Part shown: positions 57,247 through 64,000 of the stretch, piece by piece | Layout of the letters: each line of letters starts with the position of its first letter | Numbering within the stretch: position 1 is the first letter of the stretch | Virus record (IMG/VR): IMGVR_UViG_3300050821_003463 | Location: 1-64,000 of that record | Strand: one strand, 5' to 3' | Origin: a virus | Length of the DNA: 64,000 bases | Program-made: the position numbers and the translations under genes | The notes under the pieces: generated by a model | Seen by the model: only the letters and a program-made list of their open reading frames with translations | Databases searched by the model: none | Told to the model about the DNA's origin: nothing

Positions 57247-58797
57247 CTACCGCATCTTGCGTCCTTCCGTTATCTTCACGGTCGGCGCGTGCTTGGTTGC
57301 GGGTGGAGTGTACTTGTAGACGCCCTGGTTAGATGCCGACAGGAAGCGGTCGGTAGCTCCAGCGCGTAGCACCTCCATCTCTTCTTTATGACTGGTCATC
57401 AGAGGGATGATGTATTGACCAGCATCTTCCAGCGTGACGCGCATCTTCCGCGCCTTGTTAGCGCAGTTCTTGATGTCGCGCCCAGTCCAGCCCGTCATGT
57501 CGGGGTAGGTCTGTGCGGGGAGTTTGTTCGCTGTAACTTTCAGGTCCATGATGCCCTTCTTCTCTTCGTCGTTCGGCGCATCAAAGAAGAAGATGTCAGC
57601 GAAGCGGGAGAGCAGTTCGGGCGGTAGACCGTCCAGTTTGTTTGCGGTTGCGATGAGCCACACGCGACCGTCGCTAATGGATTGCACGGTGTGATTCGCG
57701 CTCACCATGTTTTTGTTCGAGTTGCCAACCAGTGAGTCTTGCATTTTTGAGATGCTGTAGTCGATGACTGGCTTGTCGAACTCACCAGCGATGCAGTCGA
57801 TGCTGTGCGACTTAGACGAGCCCGGTACACCCAGGAACAACGAGCAGTAGATGTCGTTATCGTTCACCCAGGTCAGCCACTCGCCAAGTAGGTCACCCTT
57901 GACGCCGCTGCTGTCGGTGTCGTTCCCTGAGAACTGGCGTTGTATCTCATCCATCCTCAGAATCACGGTGGGTGATTGCTCACCAGTCATCAGCTTGCGA
58001 CCGTATGCCTTGATCGATTCAACCCCGTACAGGTCCTTCAACTTCAGACCACCTGCGCGGTAGGTCAAACCTTTCTGCTGGGAGACGATAGTCTTCTTGC
58101 GAAGCCACAGCGTCTCGATATCCAAAATGCCCTTCGCTTTGTCCAAGCACATCGCAGTCGCCTGCTCTGCTGGGAAGAGAGGGATTCCGATGAGTGCGTC
58201 AACAGCGTTCAAGACTACCGCTTCACTCGGTCCAGCCTTGCACGCTGCGTACTTCACTTTGTCACTCGCGTATGCGTACGCGTATGTCTCGCGGACGATT
58301 GCTGCGAGTTCAGCGCGCGTCGGCAGTGGATGCTCTAGCACCAGCGTGTCTTGCTGCAACACGACTGGGATGCTGTCACCGATTCCGAGGAGTAGCACGC
58401 ACATGTTACCGCGCGCCTTGTAATCGTTGCGCAGATTGGCAACACCCTGGATGACTTTCTTGTCATCGTCCCAGGTGAGCTGCGGATTGAGGATGAATGC
58501 GAGGACATCTTCCTGCGCTGCTTCGAGGATGCCAAGCGCGATGGGCAGGTCAACCGATGCGCCGACTTCCATGCCGCTCTCGCTCGCCATCTTCTGTAGA
58601 GCGCTCGTGCCAGCGTCTGTAAGCCCGCGTAGCCCGTGGATGCTGTCCCAGGCTATGAAGGGGGTGACCTCTGCGAGTTCAGCGCCCAGCGAAGCCTGTA
58701 TCGTCGTAATGGTCGACGTAGGATCGAAGGTGCGGATAGCGACGGTCGGGGTCGATACCGCGCGTGCGTCAGTGAACATCTCAATGAATGACTTCAT
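57247..58797 (-). CDS. Ycf46-like AAA+ ATPase with permuted Walker B/Walker A order, ending EGRKMR
   Basis: Ycf46-like N domain (WD...GL, LP...EL); ILRMDEI upstream of FLGVPGSSKS; then LIATAN, LPPELLSRF, FFFDAP, GWTGRDI. Confidence 0.85.
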   Translation of the reverse strand: MKSFIEMFTDARAVSTPTVAIRTFDPTSTITTIQASLGAELAEVTPFIAWDSIHGLRGLTDAGTSALQKMASESGMEVGASVDLPIALGILEAAQEDVLAFILNPQLTWDDDKKVIQGVANLRNDYKARGNMCVLLLGIGDSIPVVLQQDTLVLEHPLPTRAELAAIVRETYAYAYASDKVKYAACKAGPSEAVVLNAVDALIGIPLFPAEQATAMCLDKAKGILDIETLWLRKKTIVSQQKGLTYRAGGLKLKDLYGVESIKAYGRKLMTGEQSPTVILRMDEIQRQFSGNDTDSSGVKGDLLGEWLTWVNDNDIYCSLFLGVPGSSKSHSIDCIAGEFDKPVIDYSISKMQDSLVGNSNKNMVSANHTVQSISDGRVWLIATANKLDGLPPELLSRFADIFFFDAPNDEEKKGIMDLKVTANKLPAQTYPDMTGWTGRDIKNCANKARKMRVTLEDAGQYIIPLMTSHKEEMEVLRAGATDRFLSASNQGVYKYTPPATKHAPTVKITEGRKMR

Positions 58798-58999
58798 GTT
58801 ATTTTCTCCTCCGAGTAGGCCAGTAGTGATCCGCGAGTCCGTTCAAGGAACTCACCGTGAGATACAGTACCGCCAGAAATCCTATCGTGTGCATGGTGTG
58901 CTCCTGTTGACGTAGTCGCTTCGCGCAACACTCGGCTCAGGATTTTCGCAGGAGCAATAATTGCACGAGTGCTGCGCGAGGCAACTGCCTCGCTGTCGG

Positions 59000-59248
59000 T
59001 TAGAGTTCTTCGAGTCGAGGTGCGGTGCGATACACCAGACCGGGGGTGAGCCGTTCTTTGAACGCGGCATCATCCAGCGCACTCTGCCAGCGCGACCAGT
59101 CATCAGGCCACGCGCCCCACAGTGTCCAGCGCGTGACTGCGTTCTTGCAAGCGGTGAGCACTGCGCCGTAGCCTTTTTTCTCGGCGCGGGTGAGTGCTGC
59201 CTTTAATTTCGGTCCCTCTTGTTTCGCGAGTGCGTAGTCGATTGGCAT
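59000..59248 (-). CDS. hypothetical protein
   Basis: AGGAG RBS; WGAWPDDWSRW. Confidence 0.65.
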   Translation of the reverse strand: MPIDYALAKQEGPKLKAALTRAEKKGYGAVLTACKNAVTRWTLWGAWPDDWSRWQSALDDAAFKERLTPGLVYRTAPRLEEL

Positions 59249-59531
59249 GTTGTCTCCTAGATGAAGCGGGTTCTAATCTTAGCGCCCAACGTCCAGCATG
59301 GACGCGGCGCGCCAAGGTTCTGTGAGCTGAAGGGGTAGTTCACGAAGGGGTCGTGTATATTCAGTGCCTGCTCGAAGCTTATCGAGCGCTCACGAGTAGT
59401 GCGGAACGCGCGTCCACTCTCGTGTACCGTGATTGATATTTTCATGATGCCCTCTCTACGTTGCTGCTCACAGTGCCGCAGCGCATTCAGAAGCCGCTTG
59501 GTGCGGCGCGTACTTCGTTGCATAGACCCTC

Positions 59532-60068
59532 CTACTGATGGCACAAGCCTGATTGGATGAGCGATACTGCAGTGCGCCCGTAGCTGCCCTGCAGCGACCA
59601 CGCCATGCCGTTGTCGATGAGGTGCTGGAAGAGGATCACCAAGTCATCCTGTTCGAGTTCACCGTTTTCAAACGCGATGATGTTGCCAGTGATATCATAC
59701 TGCGCTCGCACGTTCTTCTGTGCGAAGTTCGTAATGATATACGCGATGCCCTGCTCGAAGGTGCCGTCACTGTTCTTGCTACCCAACCCGCCGAATGACT
59801 TCGAGCCGGTGGGCAGTGAGACGTGGATGCTAGCAGAGCCAAAGCACTCGCCGTTCGATGCGTGTGAGACGCCGTACTTGATATTGAAACCACCAGGGAG
59901 AGTCGGTTTAGCGAACGCCTGCTCCCTGTAGCAGAGCGAAGCGTATGAGTAAGCGGTGCCTTTCACGTAAGCGACCGATACGCCAGCGCGTTCAAGCTGT
60001 GCTTGGATTGACTTCAAGCGACTGTAGATGCGTGAGGTGATCTGCTTACTGCTCAGTCCTGCGCCCAT
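59532..60068 (-). CDS. hypothetical protein with conserved-type C-terminal domain
   Basis: AGGAG RBS; FQHLIDNGMAWSLQGSYGR. Confidence 0.65.
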   Translation of the reverse strand: MGAGLSSKQITSRIYSRLKSIQAQLERAGVSVAYVKGTAYSYASLCYREQAFAKPTLPGGFNIKYGVSHASNGECFGSASIHVSLPTGSKSFGGLGSKNSDGTFEQGIAYIITNFAQKNVRAQYDITGNIIAFENGELEQDDLVILFQHLIDNGMAWSLQGSYGRTAVSLIQSGLCHQ

Positions 60069-60559
60069 GATGTGCTCCTAAAAGAGAGATTGAATAGCCT
60101 GCACAGCACCTCGCTCGCCCTTCTGTCATCTAGCGGACAGTCCAAGGCAACCACGGGGCACTGTGCAGAGCACTCAGCCCTGTTCGCGCGGCCTATATAC
60201 TCTTGTGCGCGATTGTGAAGTCGAGCAGGTTGAAGTCATGCTTGACGCGTTTGAATGCTTGGTGAAGGATGTCCGCTGTATCGAGCAGCGCCTGTCCCTC
60301 TGCAGTCTTCCACGTCGTAGTGCTGTAGGCTTCGCGCAAATACAAGTACGCGTTGCCCAGGGTATCGAGCGCCAGGACAGTCTGAAGGCCCTTGTTGTTT
60401 CGCTTGTAGCTCACTGTTTGATCTCCTTTGCCGTGTGCTTAGGACACGGTGTGTAATCGCCCTTCGTACGCCAGAGGCAATTCGGAACCGGACAGAACTG
60501 CTCAGGATGTTTTTCTTTCGAGAGACGAACTGCTTTTGCAACGCTACCGTGTGTCATGG

Positions 60560-61140
60560 TGCTCCTAGTGATAAAGTCGAGGTGAAAAAGGTGGGGACCG
60601 AGTTCACTAGGCTCAGTCCCCGATGCGTAAAGTGGGGGAGTATCTTGTGTTCGATTCAACGAACTCGCACAGCATGCCGGTCGACCCTGCGAGCGCACTC
60701 TCAGATTGTGAAGGCCCGCATGCTGTACACGTTTTTGAATCGGCTGTCGTTCTTTGCGCCGTGCCCGTCAGGAGCACCGCTTGGTAGTCAGGATATTTAC
60801 CAGCGAGGCGATTGTGTCTCAATCGTATAGGGAGTCTTTACCGTGCATCGTCGCCTGTCCGCTTGTGTGGACTCAGGTCTGATTACCTTCGCTGTCGCAT
60901 CCTCGTTTGCGTCGGCTGTATTACTCTGCTGTGGCGATTAGTGCGGCATCACAGCGCGACTGGATTAGTGCGACGGGCTAGGCAACGATGGTTTGGAACC
61001 CTTACTCGTCTTCTATTCGGCTACTACCCGCTAGTCTCAGGGGCTTTTGCTTTGCCTCTCCCCTGTGGGCGGTTGCTCTAACTTTTCACGCCTGCTTTGT
61101 TTCGGTTCGGGTGAGTGTCTTGCACTTCCGAACTGAAACA
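60560..61140 (-). ncRNA. long structured leader or candidate ncRNA downstream of a strong promoter
   Basis: ~580 nt without a convincing ORF; multiple hairpins; ends in a GGGGACTGAG/CTCGGTCCCC stem plus T-run. Confidence 0.5.
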
Positions 61141-61190
61141 ATCTTAGCTGGTGGTCTAGAACCTGTCAACAACAAAATAAAATTATTTTC
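61141..61190 (-). promoter_or_regulatory. strong sigma70-type promoter with UP element
   Basis: TTGACA-17 nt-TAAGAT preceded by an AT-rich tract. Confidence 0.75.
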
Positions 61191-61210
61191 AAGCCTTTGT
61201 TATCAAACGT

Positions 61211-61624
61211 TTACGGGCGATAGTCTGCAAGCACTGCCGGATCATAGCCCACGCGTCGCATGATCTCCTGCGCAGCGTTAGAAGGCGTTTCGCCTGTTAG
61301 GAACCCGCAACCCTTCGCGAGTCTATAAGGTATACGGACGCGCCCGAACTGTGCCGCTGTGATATCGAGCACCTCACCCTGGTATTGCCCCAGCCAATCA
61401 CGCCGCAGAAACCAGTGGCTATAGCGCACGCCATTGCCGGTATGCACGTACATCTGCGCAGGCTTGAAACCTCGCACGCTCGCCCACAGGTGATACAGCG
61501 CTTCAGACGCGACATAACAATAGCCGTTCAAAGGTTTTTCTCGCGCCTGATCCTGCCAGGATCGATCAATTAGATCGGGCGATAGTGAGTCTTGAATGCG
61601 CTGGATTAGTTTGTCGCGATTCAT
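61211..61624 (-). CDS. YunG/papain-like Cys-His-Asp protein
   Basis: GYCYVASEALY, SHWFL, LDITAAQF. Confidence 0.65.
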   Translation of the reverse strand: MNRDKLIQRIQDSLSPDLIDRSWQDQAREKPLNGYCYVASEALYHLWASVRGFKPAQMYVHTGNGVRYSHWFLRRDWLGQYQGEVLDITAAQFGRVRIPYRLAKGCGFLTGETPSNAAQEIMRRVGYDPAVLADYRP

Positions 61625-62298
61625 AGGTCAGCCGTGCCTCTCTTGAGCCATTGATACGTGACATACGCCAGGGGCACGAGATCAGCCGGTTGCCACGCGT
61701 ACCAGATGACATAGCGCAGCGCGTGCATCATCGCCCCTCCCTGTGCCCCATTGGTTCGTTCGCAGGACCGACCACAATGCACGATGCGCCTGTGTACCGG
61801 TTGCGCCCGCAGTGCGCGCAGACAGAGACGCGTTCACACGCACGCTCAAGTACGGGAATGATACGAGACAAGATCATCTCAGCGAATTGCATCAGTTGAA
61901 TTCTCACTGCATCCTCCTCACGCGATGCAACAGCTCTGCGTCGCGACATGCCCTGCTAACGTGGTCGTAAGCCGCCTCTGCCTGCTCGCGCGTTGTCGTG
62001 ATACCCTCGCGCGCCTGCGATGCGATGATGCAGCGCACGAGCAGCGCGCGCCGTTTGATTGGATCACGCAGTATCGCGCGGATGTCGACTCGCTTAGTCA
62101 AGTTCCCCTCCCTTGGCATTATCCCACGCCATCTGAATCACCTGCTCTGTCTCTGCGATGCGCCGCTTGATGATGACGCGAGCCGCAGCGCGCGCCTTAT
62201 AGCAGCCATCGTGAACTCGATACCGTGGCTGCTTGCCTTGTTCTTCTTCGCTGAGATGATGCAACACGCGTCCCAGCGCGTAGATCGTGACTGCAAGG

Positions 62299-62580
62299 TT
62301 AGTTGACATATGCCACCACCTCATAGCGACCAGAGTCATACTTATGCCACGACAGGGAGAGATAGGTATACGTGCCGACGCGCATGGGAGAGCAGTTGCC
62401 ATCGCGCCCGCAGTAGATCGCGGGCTCAGTCTCCTCGAAGCCATTCGCTGCAAGTGCAGCATCTATCTCAGCGATAGGCAGCGAGTCATGCCGCAATAGC
62501 CCCAGCGCATGCAGCGCATTGTTGACGCGTCTGCGTGCGACGCGTTCCTGCTGTGCTGTCATCTGCGTTAGCTTATCCAT
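62299..62580 (-). CDS. hypothetical protein
   Basis: TAATG overlap; SWHKYDSGRYEVVAYV. Confidence 0.65.
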   Translation of the reverse strand: MDKLTQMTAQQERVARRRVNNALHALGLLRHDSLPIAEIDAALAANGFEETEPAIYCGRDGNCSPMRVGTYTYLSLSWHKYDSGRYEVVAYVN

Positions 62581-63179
62581 TAGAAACCCCTTTGATTGAC
62601 TGTGAGGTGCGCCACTGCCGCCGACGCCTTCTCCTGTGCCTCGACTTCACTGGAAGCGATGATCCGATTGACGCCAGTCACCTGCGTGCGCGCGCCAGCC
62701 GCACCGTTATCATACACAACACCGTCAACCATAGCAAACGCGTGATTGTTCGACCAGAGCAGCCAACGGCCCGTGCGATGTGTCCTGACGAATTCTGCGA
62801 GCGTCGCATAGCGTGCGCGAGTGTAGCGCGTGCGCTGTCCGTATGAGTTCACAGAGACGCGCGACGTTGTGCCCACCTGCGACGCGGGCTGAACGAAGGC
62901 GCGGAAGCCGAAGATGCACTCGCCTGTCGTGGCGATATCGCGCATGATTAAATTGACACTCATCGTCGCCTTTTTCGGCTTGCGACCGAAGCGCTTGGCA
63001 ACGTAGGTATGCGCGTCCCTGTATGGCACGCCTGTCACTGCCTGCACTGCCTTGACAAAGCAGTCGTTCGTCTCATACTCGAAGCCCTCGTCTCTGGTCT
63101 TCATCGCGACGGCCTTGACGCCCGACCTGCTCAGCTTCGTGTGCTCTGTCTTGATCCGTTCGTACTCTGCGTTTGGCAT
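62580..63179 (-). CDS. peptidase C39-like (papain-fold) protein
   Basis: NDCFVKA...G.PY, NHAFAMVDG..YD; leaderless promoter TTGCGC-17 nt-TATCCT upstream. Confidence 0.6.
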   Translation of the reverse strand: MPNAEYERIKTEHTKLSRSGVKAVAMKTRDEGFEYETNDCFVKAVQAVTGVPYRDAHTYVAKRFGRKPKKATMSVNLIMRDIATTGECIFGFRAFVQPASQVGTTSRVSVNSYGQRTRYTRARYATLAEFVRTHRTGRWLLWSNNHAFAMVDGVVYDNGAAGARTQVTGVNRIIASSEVEAQEKASAAVAHLTVNQRGF

Positions 63180-63227
63180 GTACCCAGGATAGGTGAGCGC
63201 GCGAGATAGCGCAAGAGCACTAAGGTG

Positions 63228-63527
63228 CTATGCCTTTCGTTCTAGTAGCGGATGGCAATTTAGGCAGACCCACAACAGGTTGTTAAGTCCATTGAAATCA
63301 TCAACATCTAAGCGACGGTGATGTACGTGCCCTGGTCCTTCGATTATCTTGAAACACGATTGACACATGCCGTCCGCGCGTCCGACCACTTTTGCATACA
63401 CTAACGGCTGTGGCTTAATCAACTGTTGAGCGCGTTGACGTGATATACCGAGTTGCTCTCCAATCTGCGTGTATGTAAAACCGGTCTTTTTCAACCTTAC
63501 TGCTCGCTGCCTTTGCGTTTCGTCCAT
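63228..63527 (-). CDS. HTH-HNH protein
   Basis: TYTQIGEQLGISRQRAQQL; CQSC, HVHH, NLLWVCLNCH; GGGAGG RBS. Confidence 0.8.
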   Translation of the reverse strand: MDETQRQRAVRLKKTGFTYTQIGEQLGISRQRAQQLIKPQPLVYAKVVGRADGMCQSCFKIIEGPGHVHHRRLDVDDFNGLNNLLWVCLNCHPLLERKA

Positions 63528-63545
63528 GATATCCTCCCAACTATT

Positions 63546-63574
63546 ACAATAGCACAACTGTGCCATAGAGTCAA
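63546..63574 (-). promoter_or_regulatory. sigma70-type promoter
   Basis: TTGACT-17 nt-TATTGT with extended -10 TG. Confidence 0.6.
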
Positions 63575-63575
63575 C

Positions 63576-63628
63576 CGATAGGCTGTGACCTATCGCGCAC
63601 GGCGCGCACGATAGACTGTGACCTTTCG
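63576..63628. repeat. two 20-bp palindromic direct repeats
   Basis: CGATAGG-CTGTGA-CCTATCG and CGATAGA-CTGTGA-CCTTTCG, 33 bp apart. Confidence 0.7.
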
Positions 63629-64000
63629 GTGCCATTTACATTGTACACGGGCTGTGAACCAATTCGGGCGTTCACTACCTGCGCCTCCATGATGCATGAA
63701 CAAGGGGTACTCACAGTGAGCACAGGCGTACAGATTGAGCACAGCGTCGTGGCCTGGATAACTATCATGGACACGACTAGCGCAGCGAATACAAGGCGAA
63801 AGCCAGTCACCACGCGTAGCACAGTCGGTGACATGGCACAGCGAATCAAAGGCGAAAGTGTCACCGTACGCAGTACACTGCAATCCCAGGGTCGGGACGT
63901 TAAGGCGAATGCGGGGCAATTCGGGCAAACCGTGCCTGAGCCAGTGAGCATGATAGGGAGACACTCAAGAGAGAATAGGAAGCGAAGGACAGCGAAGGAC

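Larger units (their letters stand above)
1..64000. mobile_element. Part of a tailed dsDNA bacteriophage genome with podovirus-like tail/ejection gene order
   Basis: Dense ORFs in two convergent blocks; virion-like, lysis, tRNA and recombination genes plus many small early ORFs; no host housekeeping operons. Confidence 0.93.

Noticed and set aside
60990-61080. c-di-GMP-I riboswitch suggested by GCAAA motifs
   Set aside because: The GNRA/receptor architecture and P1 consensus could not be matched
1-64000. CRISPR array, DGR or retron
   Set aside because: No regularly spaced repeats, reverse transcriptase motifs or TR/VR pair seen by eye
1-64000. Stop-codon reassignment
   Set aside because: Long genes are intact in the standard code, TAA/TAG/TGA all end well-packed genes, and there is no suppressor tRNA

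Overview
This 64-kb window is part of a tailed dsDNA phage genome with two convergent halves. The + strand (1-28922) carries late genes in a podovirus-like order: two paralogous adaptor-like proteins, tail fibre/nozzle-like proteins and three ejection-type proteins, including a 1740-aa multi-domain protein. These are followed by candidate holin and spanin genes, a T5 A1-like protein, nucleotide-pool enzymes, three canonical tRNAs (Tyr-GTA, Asn-GTT, Ala-TGC) and two or three tRNA-like RNAs with aberrant anticodon arms. The - strand (28967-63527) carries early/middle genes: GH108 endolysin, a minimal kinase, RecA, HNH/EndoVII nucleases, SF2 helicase, a stand-alone Clp D2 ATPase, GroES, an Rnl1-type RNA ligase, a PD-(D/E)XK nuclease, an RlaP-like nucleotidyltransferase, a FimB-like tyrosine recombinase and many small ORFs behind sigma70-type promoters. 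No terminase, portal, major capsid or DNA polymerase is recognisable, so the genome extends beyond the window. An Acidobacteriota host is a tentative inference. The four most notable observations are: (1) a Ycf46-type AAA+ ATPase whose Walker B segment precedes its Walker A segment, in an operon with DUF3150/DUF1257/DUF2997-like genes; (2) four unrelated early proteins ending in the same motif, GR[K/H][F/M]R, with different codons; (3) a ~660-nt multi-domain structured non-coding region with a consensus T-loop downstream of recA, plus two other structured non-coding regions; (4) tRNA mimics alongside an RNA-repair pair. All family assignments come from motif recognition by eye and memory; no database searches were run.
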